Of a stretch of DNA of 24,088 bases, positions 15,931-24,088 are shown in pieces. This DNA is from Promethearchaeia archaeon. GTDB lineage: Archaea > Asgardarchaeota > Lokiarchaeia > Sigyniarchaeales > SOKP01. Position 1 is the stretch's first letter, and each line of letters starts with the position of its first letter. The notes beneath the pieces are model-generated. The model had not been told where the DNA came from and did no database searches. It was given only the letters and a program-made list of their open reading frames with translations. The position numbers were made by a program, and so were the translations under genes. The DNA is taken from contig JAWOFX010000149.1 of assembly GCA_046497275.1 (NCBI GenBank), positions 1-24,088 on the forward strand. The letters run 5' to 3'.

Positions 15931-18660
15931 TTAAGCTTTAACCGAGATTTCTTCTTTTTTTGTTTTCTTGCGATTTTTGGATTCTAATGCCGCTTGTGCT
16001 GCTGATATTCGCGCAACAGGTATCCGATAGGGAGAGCATGATACATAATTTAAGCCTATTGAACTGGCAAAATGAATAGATTGTGGTTCTCCTCCGTGTT
16101 CACCACAGATTCCGCATTTTAGATCTGGTCTAGTTCTGCGTCCTTTCTTTATTGCCATCTTCATTAATTCCCCGACTCCTTTTTGGTCTAAAATTTCGAA
16201 AGGGTTTTCCTGTAAAATTCCTTTGTTTAAATATATCGGTAAGAATTTGCTTTCAGCATCATCCCTTGAAAAACCATACGTCATTTGTGTGAGATCATTT
16301 GTCCCAAAACTGAAAAATTCTGCCTCCTCTGCGATCTCGTCTGCGGTAAGGGCAGCTCGAGGAATTTCTATCATAGTACCAAAAGAATATTCTAATTCCA
16401 ACTCATATTTCTCAATAGTCTCTTTTGCAACTTTTTTTAACTCATCCTTTACCAATTTTAATTCAGAGATCATACCAATCAATGGGATCATCACTTCTGG
16501 TTTTACATCAATCCCTTCTTGTTTCAATTCGCATGCTGCTTGGAATATTGCTTTAACTTGCATTTCATTTATCTCAGGCCATACAATTCCTAAACGGCAT
16601 CCTCTTAGACCCATCATAGGATTCTCTTCGGAAAGAGATCGTATTAAGGTAATATATTTTTGTTTTTCTTTTAATTGTTGATCAAGGGGGCTTATATCTA
16701 ATAATGATTGTGAAAGAGAATTGGTCATTTTTAATTCTTGTGTTTCTAGAAGCACTTCTGAAAGATGTGGAAGAAATTCATGTAAAGGTGGATCCAATAA
16801 TCTAATGGTGACTGGTTTTCCATTCATTATTTTAAAAATTTCATAAAAATCTCCTTTTTGCATAGGTAAAATCTTATCAAGTGCATCTTTCCTTTCTTCT
16901 TTTGTTCTCGCTAATATCATTTGTTGAACTACTGGTAATCGTTCTTGTGCCATAAACATATGCTCAGTTCTTGTAAGCCCAATGCCTTCTGCTCCGAAAT
17001 CTAAGGCTTTTTGAGCGTCAATTGGTGTATCAGCATTAGCTCTTACCCCAATTGTTCTAATTTCATCCGCTAATTCAAGAAGTTCAAGAAATTCTCCCTT
17101 GATTTCCGGTTCTATTAAAGGAACTTTTCCTTCAATTACTCTTCCCATGGTTCCATCGATTGTTACATAATCACCCTCCTTAATTACTGTCTCACCAATA
17201 CTAAATTGTTTCTTCTCGCTATTTATTTCAATATCTTGAACCCCAACCACTGCAGGCTTTCCCATTCCTCTTGCTACTACTGCAGCGTGGGAAGTTTTAC
17301 CTCCAAATTGTGTTAAAACTCCAGATGAGGCATATAATCCATGAACATCTTCAGGTTTAGTTTGCGGTCGAACTAAAATGATCTCATTTTCACTTTCATT
17401 CGCTAATTGCTCAGCCGTATCCGCATCAAATATAGCGATTCCTGAAACTGCTCCAGGAGAGGCGTTAATTCCATGAGCAAGCACATGTACTATTGCATTT
17501 TCATCTATACTCTTAAACAGAAGCTTTGAGATCTTGTTCGCATCAACACTCATTATTGCCTCTTCTTTAGAGATTAATCCTTCTTTTGCCATATCCACAG
17601 CAATTTTTACTGCTGCTGAGGGGGTTCTCTTTCCATCTCGTGTTTGTAGGATGAACAATTCACCATCTTCAACAGTGAATTCAATATCTTGCATATCATT
17701 ATAATGTTGTTCTAGTTTTTCTAAAGTCTCAATTAATTCATTGTAGACCTCTGGAAAGTCGTCTTTCATATCCTCTATTCTTTTGGGAGTTCTTATACCA
17801 GCAACTACATCTTCTCCTTGTGCATTTCTCAGATATTCACCAAATCTTTTCTTTTCTCCAGTTGAGGGGTCTCGTGAAAACGCGACTCCTGTTGCTGAAT
17901 CCCACCCTTTATTACCAAACACCATTGTCTGTATATTCACTGCCGTTCCAAAATTAGGAATATTATTAATTTTTCGATAAGTTATAGCTCTCTTATTGTT
18001 CCATGATTTGAAAACTGCCTCAATAGAGAGGAATAACTGATCAAATGGATCTTGAGGGAAGGGTGATCCTATTTCTTTTTCATAGAGTGCTTTATAATCT
18101 GCTATAACCATTTGGAGATCTTTTACCTCTAAATCGGTATCTTTTGCGTTTCTTCCCATTTTTCTCTTATAACTGTTGAGAATTCTCTCAAATTTCTCAT
18201 CACGTATTCCCATCACAACATCCCCAAACATTTGAATAAATCGTCTATAAGAATCATAGGCAAAACGGGGATTATTTGTTTGTTTCGCTAAACCTAATAC
18301 ACTTTCGTCATTTAACCCTAGATTCAACACTGTGTCCATCATTCCTGGCATTGACATCGGTGCGCCCGATCTTACACTAACTAGTAATGGATTATTTGTG
18401 TCACCAAATTTCTTACCTGTCATATCTTCTAATTTTTTAAGATAATCTAACACAGTGGGTTTTAATTTTTCCATCGTTTCTCTGGGGTATTCAAAATAAT
18501 TTAAACACGCTTCTGTTGTAATAACAAAACCAGGAGGAATATTAAGCCCCATATTTGTCATTTCTGAAAGATTTGCGCCTTTCCCTCCAAGCAAGCTTTT
18601 TAATTCTTTCTTTCCTTCAGAAAATCCGTATACATATTTTCCTTTTTCCGTGGTTGCCAT
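15931..18660 (-). CDS. ppdK: Pyruvate, phosphate dikinase
   Basis: LLGGKGANL, LLVSVRSGA.MSMPGMMDTVLNLG, QGEDVVAGIRTP, GGKTSHAAVVARG (phospho-His), RTEHMF, IRLLDPPLHEF, SFGTNDLTQ, GICGEHGG. Confidence 0.98.
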   Translation of the reverse strand: MATTEKGKYVYGFSEGKKELKSLLGGKGANLSEMTNMGLNIPPGFVITTEACLNYFEYPRETMEKLKPTVLDYLKKLEDMTGKKFGDTNNPLLVSVRSGAPMSMPGMMDTVLNLGLNDESVLGLAKQTNNPRFAYDSYRRFIQMFGDVVMGIRDEKFERILNSYKRKMGRNAKDTDLEVKDLQMVIADYKALYEKEIGSPFPQDPFDQLFLSIEAVFKSWNNKRAITYRKINNIPNFGTAVNIQTMVFGNKGWDSATGVAFSRDPSTGEKKRFGEYLRNAQGEDVVAGIRTPKRIEDMKDDFPEVYNELIETLEKLEQHYNDMQDIEFTVEDGELFILQTRDGKRTPSAAVKIAVDMAKEGLISKEEAIMSVDANKISKLLFKSIDENAIVHVLAHGINASPGAVSGIAIFDADTAEQLANESENEIILVRPQTKPEDVHGLYASSGVLTQFGGKTSHAAVVARGMGKPAVVGVQDIEINSEKKQFSIGETVIKEGDYVTIDGTMGRVIEGKVPLIEPEIKGEFLELLELADEIRTIGVRANADTPIDAQKALDFGAEGIGLTRTEHMFMAQERLPVVQQMILARTKEERKDALDKILPMQKGDFYEIFKIMNGKPVTIRLLDPPLHEFLPHLSEVLLETQELKMTNSLSQSLLDISPLDQQLKEKQKYITLIRSLSEENPMMGLRGCRLGIVWPEINEMQVKAIFQAACELKQEGIDVKPEVMIPLIGMISELKLVKDELKKVAKETIEKYELELEYSFGTMIEIPRAALTADEIAEEAEFFSFGTNDLTQMTYGFSRDDAESKFLPIYLNKGILQENPFEILDQKGVGELMKMAIKKGRRTRPDLKCGICGEHGGEPQSIHFASSIGLNYVSCSPYRIPVARISAAQAALESKNRKKTKKEEISVKA

Positions 18661-18915
18661 TTTAAATTTTTAACCTTTTAAAAAGTAAATTTGAATTTGA
18701 ATATTTATAGAATATGAATGTATTTGTAATTATGACATTCGCATGCTGATAAATTTTAATTTATATTTATTAATTTTGCTTTAAAAATAAAAATTATTGT
18801 TTATATAGCCAATGTATATGCTTTCCTAAATAATTTTTATATAAAATATTTAGAATATGTAATAATTGGAATTTTTTTTATTTTTAACAAATTTAATTAT
18901 TTTAATAAGCAAGAG

Positions 18916-19719
18916 TTATTTGAATATATCACTCAATTTCCATATCCCTTCGATTATTAAATCTGGTACATACTCGCTATTTCTTATCATCTCAAGGGAA
19001 CTTTCTCCAGATAATACACAACAAGTAGTTATTCCCGCATTCAATCCCATTTTAATATCTGTGTAAAGACGATCTCCAAACATTACCGCGCTGCTTGGGA
19101 GAATATCTAAATTTTCAAGCTTAAAAAGCAACATCTCTTTATTAGGTTTTCCAAATACTCGAGGCATTCTTTCTGTCGCTTTATAAAGAAGGGCTGCGAT
19201 CCCACCTGCATCTGGAATATATCCTCTCTCTGTTGGACATCTATTATCCAAATGCGTGGCAATATAGGGGATATCATCAAGAAGTAAATAAGAAGCTTTT
19301 ACGAGTCTGTCATAAGTTAACTCTTGGTCAAATGCTAATACTAAAATCTCAGGATTTTCTTCCGTAAGCTGAAATCCTTCCCGTTGGAATTCTTGTTTTA
19401 ACGATTTAGTCCCCATTAGGAAAATTCTGGTGAATCCTTCTTTTTTTAGATAATTAATAGTTGGATGTTGAGATAAAATAATATGATCTTTATCAACATC
19501 TAACCCATATTTATTTAATTTTTTAATATAATCTGAAGTAGACTTGCTTGAATTATTGGAGAGGAAAAAGAAATGTCTATGATCGTTTTTTTTCAATATA
19601 TCAATCAATTCCAAAACCCCATCAAACAACTGGTCTCCTAAATAGACCGTTCCATCTAAATCAAAAAAAAAGACGCGTTTTTCCTTTAAAATTGAGAGTT
19701 CTGAATTACTTGATATCAT
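18916..19719 (-). CDS. HAD superfamily subfamily IIA hydrolase (NagD-like phosphatase)
   Basis: FFDLDGTV (motif I), LSNNSSK (II), GKP (III), GDRLYTDI (IV). Confidence 0.94.
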   Translation of the reverse strand: MISSNSELSILKEKRVFFFDLDGTVYLGDQLFDGVLELIDILKKNDHRHFFFLSNNSSKSTSDYIKKLNKYGLDVDKDHIILSQHPTINYLKKEGFTRIFLMGTKSLKQEFQREGFQLTEENPEILVLAFDQELTYDRLVKASYLLLDDIPYIATHLDNRCPTERGYIPDAGGIAALLYKATERMPRVFGKPNKEMLLFKLENLDILPSSAVMFGDRLYTDIKMGLNAGITTCCVLSGESSLEMIRNSEYVPDLIIEGIWKLSDIFK

Positions 19720-19780
19720 TGTGTAAGTTTAAAAAAAATTAATAGTTTGATTTTAAAAAAATAATAAAAAAAGATTTAAA

Positions 19781-20182
19781 TTAATAAAATTCTGTCTCTA
19801 TTACTGTAGTGCTGTTCACTAATTCTTGAGCTGCCTTTGTTGCTCGCATAACTTTAGCCATATTACCTTGTAATTTGAATTTTCCGCTCATTAACCCTTG
19901 AATTGGATCTAATTCTTTATTTAACACTTTTAACCAGTTTTCATAAGGACCAGAAAAAATAAACTCAGCATCACTCTCTTCTCCCTCTTCCAAAATCCTC
20001 GCACCAGTACAATCCCCATGATTTAATCCAACAAACATTCTGACTTTTTTATCTAAATTGCCACTTGGTTCAATTACGAAAACAAAATCACCTTCCCACC
20101 AAGATGCAGCTTCCTTATAATCAGAATTGTTATTAATTGCCTCACAATAGGCTTTCGCCCATTCATTTGTAGCGAATAACAT
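19781..20182 (-). CDS. SCP2 sterol/lipid-binding domain protein
   Basis: F.TNEWAKAYCEAIN, WEGDFVFVI, LNHGDC, FIFSGPYENW, LDPIQGLMSGKFKLQGNMAKVMR. Confidence 0.9.
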   Translation of the reverse strand: MLFATNEWAKAYCEAINNNSDYKEAASWWEGDFVFVIEPSGNLDKKVRMFVGLNHGDCTGARILEEGEESDAEFIFSGPYENWLKVLNKELDPIQGLMSGKFKLQGNMAKVMRATKAAQELVNSTTVIETEFY

Positions 20183-20359
20183 TTTTATCTCATCTAATTA
20201 TTTTTTTTATATTTTTTCAAATCTTTTAATTTAATATTATAATTAAGCATCAGTAAATAAAAAAAGATTTCAAAAATTTACCTAAAAAAAAATATTAATG
20301 TTTAATAAATATCTCTACTTTAAATATAAAATAAGAAAAATAGGTCTAAAAAATTAAAT

Positions 20360-21511
20360 TTAAACCCCAATACCGATTGTGTTTCCAATTCCAGCAATTA
20401 TAATTTTTGAACCTTCTTTTGTGCGTGTTCTAATTGCATCTTTAATTTTGTTTAGAAATTCCGGAACGGAGCGGGTTATAGATCGATTCATAGTAGTTAT
20501 AGCATCTTCCAATGACTCTTTACAAATTAAAGCATCAATAGGAACAGTTTTACCGGTGGAGGATTCTTCTATATAATATTTTTCTACTCCAATTCCTCCA
20601 ATAGCAGCTCCAACCCCTATTGCTACTTCTCCACTTTTTTCACTTTCCAACTTCAATCCCGCATCGATCATTATTATTCTTGATATCTTATCTCCATGTT
20701 GCTCAATAAGCTTCTTTATTGCAGTTCCTGGCTTCCCAACAGTTCCCCCAGGACCTTTTGCGCGAACCACAAAGACGGTTCTTCCCTCGAATTCGAACTC
20801 TTGGTATATAGTGTGTTTTGCAATATCCACAGCTTCCACTTCTTTTTCACCATTAATATCTCTCACAAGACTTCCTACTACCATCGGACCTAATGCATCA
20901 CCGATTGGACTTCCTTCTGAAAAAGCCTTTACAGCATTATAATAAGATTTCGCCATAGCCATAATTAAAGTTAATTGCATAGCGATCTGCATCAATAATA
21001 ACATAGATTTCGATTTCTTACCTAAAATCAAGTAATGTTTAACTAACCTATAGACAAAATCGACTGCCATTGTTGCTTCTAATAAATTTTCCAAATTCTG
21101 GCGTTTTATCTCGTCAGCATTAGGAGCTAATTTAAACACCTCATCTTCATAACGATTATCCCTTACATCGATGATATGATCAAATTTAGGAACGATTCCA
21201 TAGGGATCAAGATTAACAGGAGCAATTGTAACGAATGTCATAAAATCCTCAAGCTTTAGCATTAAATCTTTATCAGTTTCTTTTTCCTTCGCGAATTTTT
21301 TAAAATCAGTTAAAAGTGTCTGTTTCGATTCTTCACGCCAATTTTTTAATTTTTCTAGTGCAGATTCAATTTCTTTACTTGCCTTCCATGCTTGGAGTTT
21401 TTGTCCGTAAAACATAGATACAAAAATAAGCCCAAAGAAGAGTAAATTAAATATTATACTCAGCGGACTTGTTTGATCTGTTGTGCCAAATAGCATTAAA
21501 AGTATCGTCAT
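20360..21511 (-). CDS. DUF1512-family archaeal membrane-anchored protein; C-terminal domain with GPR/YyaC/HybD-like motifs
   Basis: N-terminal TM (SIIFNLLFFGLIFVSMFYG), helical middle containing LDPYGIV, then GDALGP, AKGPGGTVGKPG, IIMIDAGLKLE, GVGAAIGGIGVEK and terminal IIIAGIGNTIGIG, recognised as DUF1512 signatures. Confidence 0.85.
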   Translation of the reverse strand: MTILLMLFGTTDQTSPLSIIFNLLFFGLIFVSMFYGQKLQAWKASKEIESALEKLKNWREESKQTLLTDFKKFAKEKETDKDLMLKLEDFMTFVTIAPVNLDPYGIVPKFDHIIDVRDNRYEDEVFKLAPNADEIKRQNLENLLEATMAVDFVYRLVKHYLILGKKSKSMLLLMQIAMQLTLIMAMAKSYYNAVKAFSEGSPIGDALGPMVVGSLVRDINGEKEVEAVDIAKHTIYQEFEFEGRTVFVVRAKGPGGTVGKPGTAIKKLIEQHGDKISRIIMIDAGLKLESEKSGEVAIGVGAAIGGIGVEKYYIEESSTGKTVPIDALICKESLEDAITTMNRSITRSVPEFLNKIKDAIRTRTKEGSKIIIAGIGNTIGIGV

Positions 21512-21634
21512 TTTATTTTTTTTTAACCTTTTCGTAAATAAATACCGAATTTGATATTTTTATAATAAGAAAATTTATTTAATCATATATTTTTTTCTAT
21601 TATAAGTTAAGTGTAAAAGAACTGAAATTTTAGC

Positions 21635-22054
21635 ATGATCGAAGAAGAAGAGGAAGATGTTTTAGAAAAGGAAATCTCCTGGAAAAAAATAATTAAACAC
21701 ATTATTGTTGTTGCTTTATTGATATTAGGAGTTTTGATTATCTATGGCGGAATTGGTCCTGATCCAATTATGAGTTACTTTCTCGGCTTCACTCTTGTAT
21801 GTGTCGCAACGACCATTCTTCAATACCCTCAAAAAGAAGATAAACCTTTAAAACAAACTCTTACGATTTTAAAATGTAATAGGTGCGATTTTACAGAAGT
21901 TCGGCATTATGAGGATGGAGATTTTGTTTATAAAATAGATGGCCCTTGCGAAAAATGCGAGGGGAATTTAGAAATTACTAAAATCTATTCTGTGAAATTG
22001 AAAAAACCAACCATTCCTTCTGAGAAAGAAAAATCTATCTCAAAAAAGACCTAA
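21635..22054 (+). CDS. Small 2-TM membrane protein with a C-terminal Cys4 zinc ribbon
   Basis: TM1 about aa 19-38, TM2 about aa 44-62, C81-x2-C84-x20-C105-x2-C108 (KCNRC...GDFVYK...PCEKC). Confidence 0.8.
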   Translation: MIEEEEEDVLEKEISWKKIIKHIIVVALLILGVLIIYGGIGPDPIMSYFLGFTLVCVATTILQYPQKEDKPLKQTLTILKCNRCDFTEVRHYEDGDFVYKIDGPCEKCEGNLEITKIYSVKLKKPTIPSEKEKSISKKT

Positions 22055-22126
22055 GTTTAAAAACATTTTTGAATTCTTAATTTATTTTAATAATTATCTC
22101 TAACTAAAACTAAGTTTAATATCATA

Positions 22127-22573
22127 ATGTTTAATCTAGTCGGATTAGGAGGTACGTTTGATCATCTCCATAAAGGACATAAATTATTAATTAAAACTGC
22201 TTTAGAGGTCTCTCATCATATTGTTATAGGTTTGGCAACCTCCCAACTTCTAAAAAATAAAAAATACGCATCAAATTTACAAGATTATTCAATGCGAAAG
22301 AAACATCTTGAAAATTATATCAGAACTTTCGCCGAGCTTGATCGCGTTGAGATTGTCGAGCTAAATGAGCCTTATGGACCCCCTATTAGAGAAAAAAAAT
22401 ATGAGGGAATTGTTGTGAGTCAGGAGACTTATTCAACCGCTATAAAAATTAATGAAATTCGAAAAGAAAAAGGATTTGATCCGCTAATAATCATTGTAAT
22501 TCCAATTATAAAAGATGAGAGTAATAAAAAGATAAGCTCTACGGAAATAAGAAAGACAAAAAGTTACATATGA
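22127..22573 (+). CDS. coaD: Phosphopantetheine adenylyltransferase, archaeal/eukaryotic type
   Basis: GGTFDHLHKGH (HxGH), PYGP, IVVSQET, INEIR.EKG..PL, KISSTEIR. Confidence 0.92.
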   Translation: MFNLVGLGGTFDHLHKGHKLLIKTALEVSHHIVIGLATSQLLKNKKYASNLQDYSMRKKHLENYIRTFAELDRVEIVELNEPYGPPIREKKYEGIVVSQETYSTAIKINEIRKEKGFDPLIIIVIPIIKDESNKKISSTEIRKTKSYI

Positions 22574-22591
22574 AACATTAAAGAATATTTA

Positions 22592-23389
22592 CTATTTTTT
22601 ATAATTGTCTTGCTTTATACATTTAAAAACAGTCTGCCAACAATAAGGTTTGAATAAATCTATTTTTAGAAGGGGTTTTTCGATAGATTCAAGAAATTCA
22701 TAGGTATATTTGTATATTTTTGCATTTTTCACCATCTTTCTGAATACATATGCTAAGGGAGAAAGAAGATTATATTCATAATGGTCAATATTTCCAAAAA
22801 TCAATTCTGCTCTTCTTAAATCCTCCATTTTCAGAGGATGTTCATGGTGTGTTCGAGCATTAGGAGAGAGATATTTTCTATTAAATTGAACAATTGGATT
22901 TTTCTTTAAAGGCTCAAGAAAAAGTATAAATCCATTGGGTTTTAATAGATTATAACAACTTTTGAAAAACAATCTTAAATTTGGTAAATGGTGTATTGCC
23001 CTGAAGCCTGTAATTATGTCAAATGTATTATTATCAAAGTCTGGTATTTGAGCATTCATAACCTCAAATTGAACTTTAATTCCTAACCTTTTCGATTCTT
23101 TTTTACAAAAATTTATGTAGTTTTCAGATAGGTCAATTCCTATAACATCCGCTTGTTTATTGGAAAGATAAAAAGATAAAAAGCCACTACCACAACACAC
23201 ATCTAATATTTTCTTATTTTTAACAGACCCGATCAATTCAAGATATTTACGATTTACATCTTGAAAAAAACTAGTTCTACTTAAATTAATACTATCTAAG
23301 TTCTGGAGGTTTTTTTTTCCATAATATTTTTTCTCTTCAGAAAAAATTTTATAATACTTATTTAAGAGGGTTTCTCTTTTATTTTCCAT
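22592..23389 (-). CDS. Class I SAM-dependent methyltransferase
   Basis: ILDVCCGSG (motif I), VIGIDLS, FDIITG...IHH, LLKPNGFILFLEP. Confidence 0.9.
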   Translation of the reverse strand: MENKRETLLNKYYKIFSEEKKYYGKKNLQNLDSINLSRTSFFQDVNRKYLELIGSVKNKKILDVCCGSGFLSFYLSNKQADVIGIDLSENYINFCKKESKRLGIKVQFEVMNAQIPDFDNNTFDIITGFRAIHHLPNLRLFFKSCYNLLKPNGFILFLEPLKKNPIVQFNRKYLSPNARTHHEHPLKMEDLRRAELIFGNIDHYEYNLLSPLAYVFRKMVKNAKIYKYTYEFLESIEKPLLKIDLFKPYCWQTVFKCIKQDNYKK

Positions 23390-23795
23390 GTTTGTTATTA
23401 TTTGAAAATTATGAACTTCTATAAATATTATTGTATAGTTTTACCCAAATGAAATATTGAATAAATTTAAATATTTTGTGATTCAACTCAGACCAAAAAA
23501 CCTTTTTAAAAATTATAAATTTTATTTAGTGAATTATATAAGGATTCCTTATGATTATTTTTGATAAATATATTCAGAACAATCAATTATTAGAGAAATC
23601 TCCTTCTAATTTTAATTCTTCACACTTCTTTAATCCGCCAAGGGAATAGTCCTATGTTTATTGCCTTGGCTGCGGGAATTTTGAATTTTTCAATATACAA
23701 TACAGCAATTTTTCTTATAGTAGAGGTTAAAATCTTTTCTAATTGATGGTGACAATATCTAATCGTGCTCTACTTAATGATAGTATAATGTAAAT

Positions 23796-23810
23796 CCAAA
23801 AATTTATATA
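23796..23810 (+). promoter_or_regulatory. Candidate BRE/TATA for pheS
   Basis: ccaaaaa-TTTATATA about 55 nt upstream of the ATG; an alternative TATA-like run is at 23831-23837. Confidence 0.3.
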
Positions 23811-23864
23811 GATTAATAATTTAGAGAAAGTATATATCAATATACCACTTTTGCATTTCTTAAA

Positions 23865-24088
23865 ATGACAATCAAACTTGAAAAACAAACTATTGAAATA
23901 TTTAAGGCACTGAAAAAGAAAAAATCAGATGAGATTAGCGCATCTGAATTTGCTGATGATCTTGGGATAGATTATATTGTTTTAATGTCTGCTATAAATG
24001 AATTAAAAAAATATGATCTGGCAGATTTCAAGGAAATTGAGATTTTTCAAGTAAGTTTAAATGAGGAAGGGAGATCTTATTTGAAAGA
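23865..24088 (+). CDS. pheS: 3'-truncated phenylalanine--tRNA ligase alpha subunit, N-terminal winged-helix region (not in the supplied ORF track)
   Basis: Own translation from ATG 23865: MTIKLEKQTIEIFKALKKKKSDEISASEFADDLGIDYIVLMSAINELKKYDLADFKEIEIFQVSLNEEGRSYLK, open to the window edge. The end matches the L[T/N]EEG..Y..[GxPE] motif of archaeal/eukaryotic PheRS-alpha. Confidence 0.8.
   Translation, partial: MTIKLEKQTIEIFKALKKKKSDEISASEFADDLGIDYIVLMSAINELKKYDLADFKEIEIFQVSLNEEGRSYLK

Noticed and set aside
16970-17035. PPDK GIGLTRTEHMF in place of the common GIGLCRTEHMF (coordinates approximate, minus strand)
   Set aside because: A single substitution at a position not known to me as catalytic; the phospho-His and the GICGEH Cys are intact.
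18826-18853. Imperfect palindrome CTAAATA-AT-TTTTATATAAAA-TATTTAG upstream of ppdK
   Set aside because: Nearly all A/T with a 2-nt bulge, in a very AT-rich spacer; readily expected by chance around a TATA-like core.
15535-20893. ORFs 15535-15807, 16223-16681, 17783-17980, 18866-19066, 19548-19742, 20379-20576 and 20696-20893 (+)
   Set aside because: All antisense to well-supported tyrS, ppdK, HAD and DUF1512 genes, with no independent motifs.
23590-23770. Possible selenoprotein or SECIS: minus-strand frame ...FPWRIKEV-TGA-RIKIRRRFL overlapping the hairpin
   Set aside because: No start codon after the upstream TAG, no redox motif around the TGA, and the hairpin lacks both the AUGA/GA core and the methanococcal GAA/A plus S-S pairs.
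1-24088. tRNA, rRNA, IS elements, integrases, inteins
   Set aside because: No intergenic stretch has the GC content or cloverleaf of a structural RNA. No transposase or integrase motifs were seen, and RadA has no insertion at its Walker A region, where inteins usually occur.

Overview
AT-rich archaeal chromosomal segment, most consistent with an Asgard archaeon (Lokiarchaeia/Promethearchaeota-like). This is inferred from archaeal-type RadA, TyrRS, PheRS-alpha and PPAT together with Roadblock, longin-like, Vps29-like and long 23-aa LRR proteins. It holds 20 supportable CDSs, two truncated by the window edges. Most are housekeeping or metabolic: radA, pgi, aspartate kinase, U32-family Fe-S protein, class V aminotransferase, tyrS, ppdK, HAD-IIA phosphatase, coaD, a SAM methyltransferase and pheS. 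No rRNA, tRNA, CRISPR array or mobile element was recognised. Best leads: (1) a membrane-anchored DUF1512 protein whose C-terminal domain carries GPR/YyaC/HybD aspartic-protease motifs in apparently circularly permuted order, head-to-head with a 2-TM zinc-ribbon gene and coaD; (2) a RadA with an N-terminal C2H2-like module plus a ~74% acidic 72-residue tract, and an 18-bp perfect palindrome over its likely TATA box; (3) a receptor-like single-pass protein with a sequon-rich ectodomain and a longin/winged-helix/MIT-or-TPR-like tail; (4) a Vps29-like protein with a complete metal-ligand set. All domain calls are by-eye motif recognition; no searches were run.
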